Source of the DNA: Myxococcota bacterium
GTDB lineage: Bacteria > Myxococcota_A > Polyangia > Polyangiales > Sandaracinaceae
NCBI GenBank assembly: GCA_036149055.1
Contig: JAYZQJ010000272.1
Location: 1 to 36,353 of the forward strand
Direction of reading: 5' to 3'
Length of the DNA stretch: 36,353 bases
In this document: piece by piece, positions 22,358 through 32,534 of the stretch
How positions within the stretch are numbered: position 1 is the first letter of the stretch
Layout of the letters: every line of letters begins with the position of its first letter
Notes under the pieces: generated by a model
The model's database searches: none
Seen by the model: the letters and a program-made list of their open reading frames with translations, nothing else
Told to the model about the DNA's origin: nothing
Made by a program: the position numbers and the translations under genes

Positions 22358-25300
22358 ATGCGCAGCTTTCGTACGCCTTTGCTTTGCACGCTCCTGCTCC
22401 TCACCGCTCCCGCCTCCGCCGATTGGCCGATGCACCGCCAGAACCCCGGCCGCACCGGCGCCGCGGAGGGGCGCTCCGATCTCGCCGTGCCCGCGGTCCA
22501 GTGGCGGACCTATCTGGGCGGATCGGTCGGCCAGCGCGAGCTCGCGGCGACCGACGTGAACGGCGACGGGCAGGTCGAGATCCTCTACGTGTCCGGTGGT
22601 CGCATCGTCGCCAAGCGGCCGGACGACCGCCTCGTCTGGGAGACGCGGCCGCTCACCCTGCGGGCCATCCACGCCATCCGGGACATGGACGGCGACGGCG
22701 TGCTCGACGTGGTCGCGAGCGGGAGCCCGGGCCGGATCGCGATCTTCCGCGGGACCGACGGCGCGCTCGAGTGGCGGACCGCGCCCGGCACGCTCGGCCC
22801 CAACATCGGCGCGGTGCGCCTCGCGGATCTGAACGGCGACGCGACCGTCGATCTCTACGTCGCCGACAACGCCTGCGGTAGCACCGGCAGCCTCGGGGAC
22901 GTGGCCTTCGCCTTCAGCTTCGGCGACGGCTACGGCTCGGGCCTCGACGACGGAAGCCAGCGGCTCTGGCAGCTCGAGCGAGGGCGTCGCTACGTGTGCG
23001 GGCAGAACGACGTGGTGCTCGACGTCGACGGCGACGGCGACCTCGAGATCATCGCCTGGGCGTCGAACGAGATGTACCTCTTCGACGCCGCCACCGGCCG
23101 CAAGATCGACAGCGGCGACGCCTCGCTGTCGGGCGGCTTCCCGACCGGCTTCTCGATCCCCTACGGCACCAACCGCACCTGGGTCACCGACATCGAGGGC
23201 GACGGCGCGATGGACGTGGTCGGGTACACGAACAACTCCTACACCCCGTCGATCAACTCGCGGGCGGTGTTCGTGGTCAGCTGGGACGCGAGCCGCGCCG
23301 AGGGCGAGCGCCTCCACGTCCGCTGGGTGGCGCAGGTCGCGGACATCACCGCCGACGAGCACGGCTGGGTGGACGAGGGCGCGGCGGATCTCGACGGCGA
23401 CGGCGTGGTCGAGGTCACCAGCACCTTCGTCGAGGGCGGGGTGGCGCGCACGCTGGTCCGCGACGGCCGCGACGGGACGGTGCGCGCGACGATCGAAGGC
23501 CGCCTCCAGGGCATCCTCCGGCTCGACGAGACCGGGCCTCCCACCGTCATCGTCGACGTCGGGCTCGACCTCGAGGGCTACCGCTTCACCGATCTCTCGT
23601 CGGTGCCGGCGCCCGCCTTCACCTTGCCGGGGTCGTCCCTGCTGCGTCGCTTCGATCGCGGCCTCTACGCGCAGCAGAGCCTCGCCTCCGCGCCCCTCAC
23701 CGTCCCGCTGCCCGGCAGCACGCGCGGCCTCGTGACGCTCGAGGGCGACACGATGCGCCTCTGGGATCTGTCCGGCGCCGCGCCCGCCGAGGTGGGGAGC
23801 TACGCGCTGCCCGCGAACGTCTCGGTGGTGGCGGTCGCCTCTCAGGTCGACGCGGCTCGCCCCGGCCCCGGCGCGCTGCTCGTGCGGTCCGACGGCTTCC
23901 TCGTCGTGCTCGACCGCAGCCTCGCCCCGATCAACTTCGGCGGCGTCGAGATCCCGCTGCCCGGCATCCGCACGGGCGGCTACTACTCGGGCGACCACGG
24001 CCTCGGCAACGTGCCGGTGGCGGCGTCGTTCGGGCGGGCGGCCGAGGAGGTGGTGGTGGTCGACTCGCGCGGCGGCCTCGTCCGCCTCGCCACCGCGGGG
24101 GCGACGCTCACCCAGCCGCCCGAGCAGGTGTTCCGCTGGCAGGGCGTGTTCCACCCGCTCCTGAGCGACGTCGACGGTGACGGCGTGACCGACGTCGTCG
24201 CCCTCGACCAGACCCGGCTCCACGCCCGCGCGGCCGACGGCGCGACGGTCCTCTTCACCACCCCGATCGCCACCGGTCAGCAGGCCACGCACGGCGACGT
24301 GGTCCCCTTCGACGGCGGGTTCGCGGCGGGCGTCTTCGACCGCGGCGACGGCAACGGCTACGTCACCGCGACGACCCGCGGGGGCGCCTCGGCCTGGCGC
24401 ACCGACCCCGTCCGCGTGGCCGGCAGCGGCTTCGGCTTCCTGATGGTCGATGATCTGCAAGGCGACGGCGGCGACGACCTGCTGATGAGCATGGCCAGCC
24501 CGCTCTACGCGATCGAAGGCGGCACCGGCGCGTTCCTCGGGACGACGCGCGGCGGCTACGCCACCATGCCGATCGACGTGCGCGGCCGCGCCGGCGCCAC
24601 CACCACGCTCTGGTCCGGCGCGGTGACCCCGCCCGGCGGCATCACCCTCGCGCAGCCGTTCTCCGGCAGCGCCGACACCTGGAGCTTCGACTTCACCGCG
24701 ACGCGTCAGTTCGGGGCGGTCGTCGAGTGCGCCGGCGGCCTGCAGTTCGCCGCCACCGAGTTCGGCTCCGCGCACCTCGCGGTCGCGCGCGCCGAGGACG
24801 GCGGCGGTCGGCGCGACGTCTACCTCGGGGACGGCAACCTCTTCTTGTCCACCGAGGCCCTGGCGGCGTCGGGGGCGATCGCCGGGATCGTCGGCAACGT
24901 CACCGCGACGGCCGACCTCGGCGGCGACCGGCCCGCGATCCTGGTGGGCAGCACCGACGGCTACCTCTACGCCATCGACCCGTGCGCCGACCCCCTCCGC
25001 AAGATCTGGTCGCTCAACTTCCGGGCGCCGGTCGGCGAGGCGATCTTCGCCGACACCGACGGCGACGGCCTGGAGGAGCTGGTCGTGTCCGCCGCCGACG
25101 GCTTCCTCTACGGCGTCGACACCGAGGCCCTGCCGGCCCCGGAGGGCGTGCTCGACATCGACCCCGACCTCGGGCTCACGACCGAGGACGTGGACGAGAC
25201 CCGCGGCGCGACGCTCGGCGCGCGCTGGAGCGCGGTCGACGGCGCCGAGAGCTACGAGTACGCGGTCTTCACCATCGGCGGCAGCCCCGTCACCCGGAAC

Positions 25301-25666
25301 CCCGAGGACGAGGCCAACCCCTTCATCCCCACCACGGCGACGAGCGCGGAGCATCGCGCGGGGCTCGAGCGCGGGGTGACCTACTTCTACGCCGTGCGCG
25401 CCATCGGTCCCGACGGCACGAGCAGCGAGGCGCTCAGCGACGGCTCGCTCTACCTCTACGATCCGGCCGCGGCCGACGCCGGCGTGGCGAGGGACGGGGG
25501 CGTCGCGGCCGACGGGTCGACGGGGAGCGACGCCGGGGTCGCGCCGGACGCCGGCGGGGGCGCGCCGGGGGAGGGCGGCTGCGGCTGCCGGGCCGCCGGG
25601 TCTTCGCGCGCGCCGCTCTGGGCGCTGGCGGGGCTCGCCCTCCTGATCCGGCGCCGTCGGCGCTGA
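22358..25666 (+). CDS. Secreted FG-GAP/VCBS-repeat beta-propeller protein with FN3-like domain and MYXO-CTERM anchor
   Basis: Signal peptide ending PASA; WPMHRQNPGRTG (PQQ-like start); about 9-10 DxDGDG-type repeats; WSAVDGAESY...YFYAVRA is FN3-like; tail GGCGCRAAG...LWALAGLALLIRRRRR. Extended -10 TGaTAGGTT at 22341-22349. Confidence 0.88.
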   Translation: MRSFRTPLLCTLLLLTAPASADWPMHRQNPGRTGAAEGRSDLAVPAVQWRTYLGGSVGQRELAATDVNGDGQVEILYVSGGRIVAKRPDDRLVWETRPLTLRAIHAIRDMDGDGVLDVVASGSPGRIAIFRGTDGALEWRTAPGTLGPNIGAVRLADLNGDATVDLYVADNACGSTGSLGDVAFAFSFGDGYGSGLDDGSQRLWQLERGRRYVCGQNDVVLDVDGDGDLEIIAWASNEMYLFDAATGRKIDSGDASLSGGFPTGFSIPYGTNRTWVTDIEGDGAMDVVGYTNNSYTPSINSRAVFVVSWDASRAEGERLHVRWVAQVADITADEHGWVDEGAADLDGDGVVEVTSTFVEGGVARTLVRDGRDGTVRATIEGRLQGILRLDETGPPTVIVDVGLDLEGYRFTDLSSVPAPAFTLPGSSLLRRFDRGLYAQQSLASAPLTVPLPGSTRGLVTLEGDTMRLWDLSGAAPAEVGSYALPANVSVVAVASQVDAARPGPGALLVRSDGFLVVLDRSLAPINFGGVEIPLPGIRTGGYYSGDHGLGNVPVAASFGRAAEEVVVVDSRGGLVRLATAGATLTQPPEQVFRWQGVFHPLLSDVDGDGVTDVVALDQTRLHARAADGATVLFTTPIATGQQATHGDVVPFDGGFAAGVFDRGDGNGYVTATTRGGASAWRTDPVRVAGSGFGFLMVDDLQGDGGDDLLMSMASPLYAIEGGTGAFLGTTRGGYATMPIDVRGRAGATTTLWSGAVTPPGGITLAQPFSGSADTWSFDFTATRQFGAVVECAGGLQFAATEFGSAHLAVARAEDGGGRRDVYLGDGNLFLSTEALAASGAIAGIVGNVTATADLGGDRPAILVGSTDGYLYAIDPCADPLRKIWSLNFRAPVGEAIFADTDGDGLEELVVSAADGFLYGVDTEALPAPEGVLDIDPDLGLTTEDVDETRGATLGARWSAVDGAESYEYAVFTIGGSPVTRNPEDEANPFIPTTATSAEHRAGLERGVTYFYAVRAIGPDGTSSEALSDGSLYLYDPAAADAGVARDGGVAADGSTGSDAGVAPDAGGGAPGEGGCGCRAAGSSRAPLWALAGLALLIRRRRR

Positions 25667-25721
25667 TCCCGCGGAAAGGGGAAATCGAGGGCGCCACCCA
25701 CTATCCTTCCCGACGGGAGCA

Positions 25722-28607
25722 GTGGCGGACGGGCAATCAGGGGTCGCGCCGAAGGCGGTGCTCCTCGCGGGAAGCGGGGAGCGGCTGACGGAGGCGCTGG
25801 TGGAGGCGCTCGAGCGGCGGCGCGTGTCGGTGGACACGACCGACGCGAGCGCGCTCGTCGGTCAGGCCTACGTGCTCGCTCCCGACCTGGTGGTGCTCCT
25901 GGGAGACGCGGCGGCCGACGGCGGGAAGCGGGCCGCGGCCGAGCTCGCCGCCAAGCGCGCCACCGCCTCGATCCCGGTCGTGGTCGTGCGCGACGGAGCG
26001 CTCGGCGAGCGCCTCGACGCCTTCCGGCACGGCGTGGTCGCGGTCGTGCAGCGCAGCGCGAGCGCGGACGAGATGGCCAAGCGCATCGCCGAGATCGCGC
26101 GCGAGGTGCCGGACCGCTCCGGCGAGGTGACGCGCGGCGGGACGGAGGCGAGCGTCGACGAGCTCGTCGCGCTCTTCGCCGAGCAGCTCCGCACCGGCAT
26201 CCTCAGCGTCGCCGCGGGCAGCGACGAGGTCAGCGCGCAGGTGGTGCTGCACGCGGAGAAGCCGGTCGAGGACGTGGTGGGCGAGCTCGTCGAGCGGCTG
26301 CGTCCGCTCATCGGCCGCGCGCAGGGACCGCTGCGGTACGAGTTCTTCGAGAGCGCGGCGCCGCGGCTCGCGTCCCTGGATCTCGAGCTCGAGCCCGACG
26401 AGGGGGTCGACGCGCTCGACGGCGTCCGGGTGGTGCTGGTCGAGCAGCGGGCGCACCGCGCCGACAGCCTCGCGCAGGACCTCCGGGCCGCCGGCACGCA
26501 GGTGGTCGTCGCCGACGGAGCCGGGGTGGGCCTCGAGCGGGCGAAGCGGCTCGATCCGCAGGTCGTCGTGCTCGACGGCGCGGGCGAGGACGGCTGGGCG
26601 CTCGGCGCCCTGCGCGCGCTCCGCCGGGACGTGCACCTCCGCTGGGCGTCGCTGCTGGTGGTGCGGGAGGAGCAGCTCTGGCGGCGCCCGGACGGTCGCC
26701 CGGACCTGGCGGCGCTGGCCGGCGCGGTCGCTCCGCTGGTCGAGGGGGAGCGCGAGGTCGCCGGCCGCGCGCGGCGCGAGGACGCCTTCGACGTGCGGGT
26801 GGAGCTGGTCGGCCCGGTCCGGCTCCTCCGGGCGCTCGCCGACACCGGCGAGGGGCTCCGACTGACGGTGCACCACCCGAGCGTGCAGCTCCAGATCGAC
26901 CTCGCCGACGGGCTGGTGGCGGGCGCGGTGGCCCGGAGCCCGGGGAGCGCCACGCCGCGCGCCCAGGGCCCGGTCGCGCTCGCGACGTTCTGCGCGCTCG
27001 GCGCGGGCCGCGTGAAGGTGGAGCGCAAGGAGGCGCCCGCCTCGACCAACATCATGGCCCCCGCGTCGGACGCCCTCGCGGCGGCGGACGCCGAGGAGTC
27101 CCTCCTCCGCCCCTCGCTCCCGCCGAGCTTCCCGCCCGGCGCCCCCGCGGTCGACATCCCCCGGGCCCCCGCGCTCCCGCGCGACCGGGGGCCCTCGAGC
27201 GACGATCCCTACGACAAGCTCGAGACGCTGCTGTCCCGCCTGCAGGAGATCCTGCCCGAGGCCGAGGCCGTCGCCAGGAGGGCCCCGCCCGCGAGTCCCT
27301 CGCCGCCGTCCGCGGCGCTCCCTCCCCGTCCGGCGGCGTTCCCGTCCCGGCCCTCTGCGGGGCTGCCGCCCCGCTCGCGGTCGCCCGAGCCTCCCGCGCC
27401 TCCTTCGATGGCGCCGCCCGCGCCCTCGCCGCCCGCGCCCGACGCGGCGCCGCCCACCCCGGCGCCCCCCACCTCGGCGCGCGCTGTCCCCGGGTCGCCG
27501 GCCGCCGAGGCCCGAGTCGCGGAAGCTCCGCCGTCTGCGCCGACGATCCCCGAGCCGTCGGTCCCCGAGCCGCTCCCCGAGGCGCAGGTGTCGGCGCCGT
27601 CGATCCCCGCGCCGCCGCCGCGCAGCGCCCCGGCCGCGCCGCCGCGCCCGGCTGAGGCCCCCGGGCCCTCGTCGCTCGACGCGGCGGCGATCACCGCGCG
27701 GGCGCCGGCCCGCCCCGCCTCGCTGGACGCGATGGCGCCGGCCCTCGGCGAGCGGGGCGACGAGTCCACCGCGCGGCTCGGCACGCCGGACGCGTGGAAG
27801 TCCGACACCGAGCTGCCGATGCTCCCGCGCGAGGCGCCGCCGGGGCGCCGCTCGAGCACCGGGCGGTGGATCGCGGTGGGCGCCGCCGGGACGCTGCTGT
27901 TGCTCGTCGGTGCCGGCGCGGCCGCCTGGCTCGCCTCGTCGGGGGAGACCGCGGCGGCCGAAGACGAGGTGACCTCGCCGACCCCGCGGGTGGCCGAGGC
28001 GCCCGAGCCCACGCCGCCGAGCGCGGTGGCCGCGCCCGCCCCGGCCCCGGACCCGGCCCCGGATCCGGTCGAGGAGGTCGAGGAGCCGCCCGACGAGCCG
28101 GTCGCGGGCGCCGCGCCGCCGCCCGAGCCCGCCCCGGCCCCCGACGCGGTCCACGGTCCGCTCGACGACTCGCCGATCGAGGGCAGCTCGGACGACTTCT
28201 CGCTCTCCGCCCTCGGCATCGAGGAGGCGCCGCCGCCCCGGAGTCGACGCCGGCGCGCGCGCACCATCCGAGAGCTCATCCGCACCGCCAACATCCTCCG
28301 CAACCGCCACGAGCTCGGCCGGGCCGAGGAGCTCTACCGCCGCGTCCTCTCCCTCGACGCCGAGAACCCGCGCGCCACCGCCGGCCTCACCCGCCTCTAC
28401 ATGGAGCGCGGCGACGCGGGGCAGGCGGTGCTCTTCGCCCAGCGGCTCGTCCGCCTCCGGCCCGCCTTCGCGAGCAACTACGTCCTCCTCGGCGACACCT
28501 TCGAGCTCGGCCACAACCCCACCGCGGCCCGCCGCGCCTGGACCCGCGCCGTCGAGCTCGAGCCCCGCTGGGGGCCCGCCCGCGCCCGCCTCGCGCGGCT
28601 GCGCTGA
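25722..28607 (+). CDS. Membrane protein: two degenerate receiver-like domains, Pro-rich linker, single TM, C-terminal TPR
   Basis: REC-like PDLVVLLG...IPVVVV and RVVLVEQ...DPQVVVLD; TM WIAVGAAGTLLLLVGAGAAAWLA; TPRs AEELYRRVLSLDAENPRA and ARRAWTRAVELEP. TATCCT at 25702 and SD GGGAG. Confidence 0.8.
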   Translation: MADGQSGVAPKAVLLAGSGERLTEALVEALERRRVSVDTTDASALVGQAYVLAPDLVVLLGDAAADGGKRAAAELAAKRATASIPVVVVRDGALGERLDAFRHGVVAVVQRSASADEMAKRIAEIAREVPDRSGEVTRGGTEASVDELVALFAEQLRTGILSVAAGSDEVSAQVVLHAEKPVEDVVGELVERLRPLIGRAQGPLRYEFFESAAPRLASLDLELEPDEGVDALDGVRVVLVEQRAHRADSLAQDLRAAGTQVVVADGAGVGLERAKRLDPQVVVLDGAGEDGWALGALRALRRDVHLRWASLLVVREEQLWRRPDGRPDLAALAGAVAPLVEGEREVAGRARREDAFDVRVELVGPVRLLRALADTGEGLRLTVHHPSVQLQIDLADGLVAGAVARSPGSATPRAQGPVALATFCALGAGRVKVERKEAPASTNIMAPASDALAAADAEESLLRPSLPPSFPPGAPAVDIPRAPALPRDRGPSSDDPYDKLETLLSRLQEILPEAEAVARRAPPASPSPPSAALPPRPAAFPSRPSAGLPPRSRSPEPPAPPSMAPPAPSPPAPDAAPPTPAPPTSARAVPGSPAAEARVAEAPPSAPTIPEPSVPEPLPEAQVSAPSIPAPPPRSAPAAPPRPAEAPGPSSLDAAAITARAPARPASLDAMAPALGERGDESTARLGTPDAWKSDTELPMLPREAPPGRRSSTGRWIAVGAAGTLLLLVGAGAAAWLASSGETAAAEDEVTSPTPRVAEAPEPTPPSAVAAPAPAPDPAPDPVEEVEEPPDEPVAGAAPPPEPAPAPDAVHGPLDDSPIEGSSDDFSLSALGIEEAPPPRSRRRRARTIRELIRTANILRNRHELGRAEELYRRVLSLDAENPRATAGLTRLYMERGDAGQAVLFAQRLVRLRPAFASNYVLLGDTFELGHNPTAARRAWTRAVELEPRWGPARARLARLR

Positions 28608-28610
28608 CGC

Positions 28611-30764
28611 TCACATCGAGTGGGTGTGCACCGGGGCTCGCTCGGAGGCGCAGAAGGGCGACCGCGTCGCGCACCGGCGGCGCAGCAGATCCAGCGCGTC
28701 GGGCGCGCGGTGCTCCAGCCAGCGCGCGCGAGCGGCCTCTCTCGACGGCCCCTCGAGCGCGAGGTAGCGGCTCCGGAGCAGCGACTCGTCGCGCGGCGCG
28801 AGCGAGAGGCCTCGGTCGGCGGCGTCGAGGGCGCGGGCGTCGTCGCCGGCGCTCCCGAGCGCGCGGGCCAGGTCGGTCCAGCGAGACTCGTCGGCCGGGG
28901 CGCGCTCGGCGGCGCGCGCGTAGGCGGCCGCGGCGTCGGGCCAACGCCACACCTGCGCGTGCGCGTCGCCCCGGAGCCGGTCGATGGCCGGGTGCGAGCC
29001 GATCAGGCCCTCGGCGCGGTCGAGCTCGGCGAGGGCCTCGTCGAGGCGGCCCTGACGACCCTCGAGACGCGCGCGCTGGGCGAGGATCTGCGCGCGGGCG
29101 CGATCGTCGGGCGCCGCGGCGAGCGCGGCCTCGAGCACGGGGCGGGCGTCGTCCAGCCGCTCCTGCACGTCGCCGATCAGGGCGAGCGCGTGATCGAAGT
29201 GCCGGCGCCAGGCCCGCTCGGTCGCGCCGCCGGTGGGCTCGCGTCCGTCGGCACCCGCCCCGAGCCAGACGGTCGCCTCGGCGATCTCCGTGATCGGCTG
29301 GGGCGCGCAGGCGTCGAGCGCTCGGCGGCCGAGGGCCTCGCTCGCCGACGCGAAGGCGCGGCCGCGCGCCGAGCGCTGGGCATCGCAAGCCGCCTGGCGG
29401 AGGGCCTCGGGGTGACGGCGATGGAGCAGCCGGGCTCGCGCGCGGAGCGGGAAGGTCGCCCCCGCCGGGACCTCGAAGGCGTAGCGCACCGCGGCCGCGT
29501 CCCGCGGGCCGAGCGTGTGATCGAAGACCTTGGCCCGGAACCGATGCACGTGGTGCGCGCGCTGGGCGTTGCCCTCGTCGTCCACGAGCACCGCCTCGAG
29601 CCGGTGCGCCCCGTCCTCGTCGTTCGCCGCGTGGTCCGCGCCGCTCGCCGCGATCCGCCGACCGGCCGCGTCCTCGATCGACAGCTCGATCCAGGTGTCC
29701 TGCGCGTCGAGCGTGCCGCCGGGGAAGCGATGCCCGGTGGCGAGGTTGCGCACCACGACGTCGACCGACGCCGCGTCTCCCGCGCGGACCGGCGCTCCGT
29801 CGGCGGGCAGGTGCGTGCGGCCGTCTCGCGTCAGCGCGGCCACGTCGATCCGCGCCGCCCCGGTGAGCCGCGCCTCGATCGCGCGGGCCTGGGCCGGGTC
29901 GCCGGCGGCCATCGCGCTGTGCCCGCCGGCGACGCGGTGGCTGTGCACCCGGCCGGCGTCGTCCGCGGCGAAGTCCCGCCCGCTCACGCGCTCGAGCGGC
30001 ATGTGGCAGCCCTGGCAGGTGGCCGCCTCGACCGGCTCGTCGAGGCGGCTCGCGGCGCTCCCCGCGTAGCCGGACCGGGACCAGGCCGTGAGGTCGTCGA
30101 TGCCGCCGAGGTGGTGGGGGTTGCCCATGTGGGAGCCGAGGAAGCCGCGATGACAGCTCCCGCAGAGCGAGGCCGTCCGGAGCGGCTCGGGGGTGAGCGC
30201 CTCGACGTGGGCGCGGATCTCCTCGGGGTCGGCGGGGTCGGGGAGAGGCACGGCGCGGGTCGAGAGCGTGTAGCTCCCGTTGCCGTCGGGCCGCGCCTCC
30301 TGGGCGCCGTGGCAGACCATGCAGGTCACGCCCGCGTGGGCCCGCGGGTCCTCGGGCGCGACCTCCTCCTCCATCGCGCCGGCCACGAGCAGCACCGGGT
30401 CGTGGCAGCCGGCGCAGAAGCGGCTCTCCTCGCGCCCGACCTCGTCGCGGATCGCGTCGACCGCCTGGCGGTACCAGGGGTTGTCGAACGACGCGCGGGC
30501 GTGGGCGCTGGCCTGCCAGGTCTGGAGCGCGTCCGGGTGGCACGCGCCGCAGGTCTCGGTGTCGGCGAGGCGGGCCGCGTCCCGGGGATCGCCGCTCGCG
30601 AGCTGGAGCTGGGTCTCGGGGTAGAGCGGCGCGCGATCCGGGTCCGCGTCGGTCTCCGGCGCGCGCGGGCGAGGCGCCCGTCCGTCGTCACGCGCCGCCG
30701 CCTCCCCGCACCCCGAGAGGAGCGCGGCGAAGCCGAGCAGGATGGCGGCGGCGCGGGGGCTCAT
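28611..30764 (-). CDS. Pentaheme c-type cytochrome (c554-like) lipoprotein with C-terminal TPR repeats
   Basis: Lipobox LLSG/C; five CxxCH (CGACH, CAGCH, CMVCH, CGSCH, CQGCH); WQASAHARAS; TGHRFPGG; TPR helices. ATG 30764 overlaps the upstream stop; the ORF-track start at 32369 is spurious. Confidence 0.9.
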   Translation of the reverse strand: MSPRAAAILLGFAALLSGCGEAAARDDGRAPRPRAPETDADPDRAPLYPETQLQLASGDPRDAARLADTETCGACHPDALQTWQASAHARASFDNPWYRQAVDAIRDEVGREESRFCAGCHDPVLLVAGAMEEEVAPEDPRAHAGVTCMVCHGAQEARPDGNGSYTLSTRAVPLPDPADPEEIRAHVEALTPEPLRTASLCGSCHRGFLGSHMGNPHHLGGIDDLTAWSRSGYAGSAASRLDEPVEAATCQGCHMPLERVSGRDFAADDAGRVHSHRVAGGHSAMAAGDPAQARAIEARLTGAARIDVAALTRDGRTHLPADGAPVRAGDAASVDVVVRNLATGHRFPGGTLDAQDTWIELSIEDAAGRRIAASGADHAANDEDGAHRLEAVLVDDEGNAQRAHHVHRFRAKVFDHTLGPRDAAAVRYAFEVPAGATFPLRARARLLHRRHPEALRQAACDAQRSARGRAFASASEALGRRALDACAPQPITEIAEATVWLGAGADGREPTGGATERAWRRHFDHALALIGDVQERLDDARPVLEAALAAAPDDRARAQILAQRARLEGRQGRLDEALAELDRAEGLIGSHPAIDRLRGDAHAQVWRWPDAAAAYARAAERAPADESRWTDLARALGSAGDDARALDAADRGLSLAPRDESLLRSRYLALEGPSREAARARWLEHRAPDALDLLRRRCATRSPFCASERAPVHTHSM

Positions 30765-32386
30765 CGAGCGCGACGACGGAAGAGGAAGAGGGTCAGCCCG
30801 AGCGCGGCGAGGAGCAGCGTCGGCGGCGCCGCGCTCCGGGGGTGCGCCGTGCTCCGGGGCAGCGCAGCGCAGGCCATCGCCGCCGCGCGGGTGGCGGAGG
30901 TCGGCGCCGGCAGCGGCGTCACGGCGGCCTTCCACGCGCCGCGGTCGAGCGGCTCGGGCGCGCGCCCGGCGCCTCCGCGCCGACGGCGACGCGGCTGGGC
31001 CAGCTCCGGCACGCTCCGCCGCAGGAAGCGCTGGAGACGCACGCCGCGGCGCGGCTGGGTGGCGAGGTCGAGCGCCGCCTCGGCGCGGGGCGCCGCGCCG
31101 CTCGGGGGGCCGCCCCACTCGCCGCGGCGCGGGTTGTCGCACGCGATCGGGCCCCGCCAGCGATGCAGGATCGCGTAGCGACCCTGGAAGTTGTTCACCG
31201 ACGACGACTGCACCTCGCGCTCGAAGCGGCCGCGCGCGTCGGGGGTGCCCCGGCCGCCGACCACGCCGGGCGCCGCGCGGAACACGAGGTCGGCGTCGGC
31301 GGCCCCAGGGCCGTAGCGGTAGTGCAGGCGGGTCAGCGTGAACTCGCTCGCCGGGTTGCCCCGGAAGCGACGGCCGCGCCCGGGCGCTGCCTGTCCGGCG
31401 CCGACCACGTCGCCGCCGAGGGTCATGATGTCCGAGCCGGTGAGCGTCGGCCCCGGGCACGGATCGCACGAGCCCGCCTGCCAGCTGTACTCGGTCACCA
31501 CCGCGCCGGGGTTCACCTCCATCGTCTTGTCGAAGAGCGACGCGTAGAAGGCGCCGAACTGCCGCCGCGCGTTCGGGCGCACCTCGACGTTGGTGGGGAT
31601 GAAGGCGTTCGGGTAGTTCGCGACCTCGTAGCGCTGGCCGCGCGCGAGCACGTGCACGATGAGGTCCTGGGTCCCGCTCGAGTTGATCAGGCCGAGCCGG
31701 ATCGGGAGGCTGAAGGTGTCGCTGTCGTAGTGGAAGCGGAGCGGCGAGAGCATCGCGCGCCCGTTCTGGAAGGTGACGCGCGCCGGATCGACCCGCGCGA
31801 CGAAGAACTTCGTGCCGCGCTCGACGTACGGGCGGAGCGCTCGCTCGGCGCCGGCGGGGATGTGGTAGCCCTCCTGCCGCAGCCAGGTGTCGAGGCCGCC
31901 CGAGTCCCGCGCGCTCAGGATGACGATGTCGTACTCGCCCACCGAGAACTGGGCCTCGACCGTCACCCCGAGCCGCCCGGCGCTCGAGCCGCCGCCGGCG
32001 CGCGGCGCCATCGAGGGACGCGCCCGGCTCCGCACCATGCGCTCCCGCACCCGCGGCCGGCAGGGGTCCTGCTCCCAGTACTCGACGAGGCGGGGCGCCG
32101 CGAGCTGGTCGATCCGGGCGAAGACCTCGCGCGGCAGGGTGCGCACGTCGTCCTCCTGCAGCACCACCGGGACCGGCACCACCATCGCGAAGCGCTCGGG
32201 CGGGCCCTGGTAGCTGTTCTGCATCGAGAGCACGGTGCGGGTGCCGTCGCGCATCAGCACGACCATCGACGCGTCGTTGTAGAGCGAGGTCTCCGCGCCC
32301 CCGACGTAGAAGCCGCAGAAGGCGCTGGCCCCCGTCGGCGCGAGTAGGGCGACCGCGGCGGCGACCCATGCGAGCTGTCTCATCAC
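30761..32386 (-). CDS. DUF2330 domain protein with C-terminal MYXO-CTERM-like membrane anchor
   Basis: ASA/FCGFYV; FAMVVPVP; APRLVEYWEQDPC; VGEYDIVIL; LSPLRFHY; LTRLHYRY; tail AMAC...LLLAALGLTLFLFRRRAR. Start is GTG 32386 or ATG 32383. Confidence 0.9.
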   Translation of the reverse strand: MMRQLAWVAAAVALLAPTGASAFCGFYVGGAETSLYNDASMVVLMRDGTRTVLSMQNSYQGPPERFAMVVPVPVVLQEDDVRTLPREVFARIDQLAAPRLVEYWEQDPCRPRVRERMVRSRARPSMAPRAGGGSSAGRLGVTVEAQFSVGEYDIVILSARDSGGLDTWLRQEGYHIPAGAERALRPYVERGTKFFVARVDPARVTFQNGRAMLSPLRFHYDSDTFSLPIRLGLINSSGTQDLIVHVLARGQRYEVANYPNAFIPTNVEVRPNARRQFGAFYASLFDKTMEVNPGAVVTEYSWQAGSCDPCPGPTLTGSDIMTLGGDVVGAGQAAPGRGRRFRGNPASEFTLTRLHYRYGPGAADADLVFRAAPGVVGGRGTPDARGRFEREVQSSSVNNFQGRYAILHRWRGPIACDNPRRGEWGGPPSGAAPRAEAALDLATQPRRGVRLQRFLRRSVPELAQPRRRRRGGAGRAPEPLDRGAWKAAVTPLPAPTSATRAAAMACAALPRSTAHPRSAAPPTLLLAALGLTLFLFRRRAR

Positions 32387-32522
32387 TCCCCCAGTGTCCG
32401 ATCTTCTCGAGGTTCCCTCGAGTGTGGCGACGTGCCGATGATCCGTGACCGAATTTCTCGATCCGGTGACGGTCGGACGCTCATCGGGCCGCCCTCCTTG
32501 GGCGACGCTCCATCCTCGGGGC

Positions 32523-32528
32523 TATGGT
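32523..32528 (+). promoter_or_regulatory. -10 box TATGGT 6 nt upstream of ATG 32535 (leaderless type)
   Basis: TATGGT-cgcgcc-ATG; no SD. Confidence 0.55.
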
Positions 32529-32534
32529 CGCGCC

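Noticed and set aside
32406..32422. Inverted repeat CTCGAGG-ttc-CCTCGAG upstream of DUF2330
   Set aside because: Built from CTCGAG, which is extremely frequent in this sequence; not significant alone.
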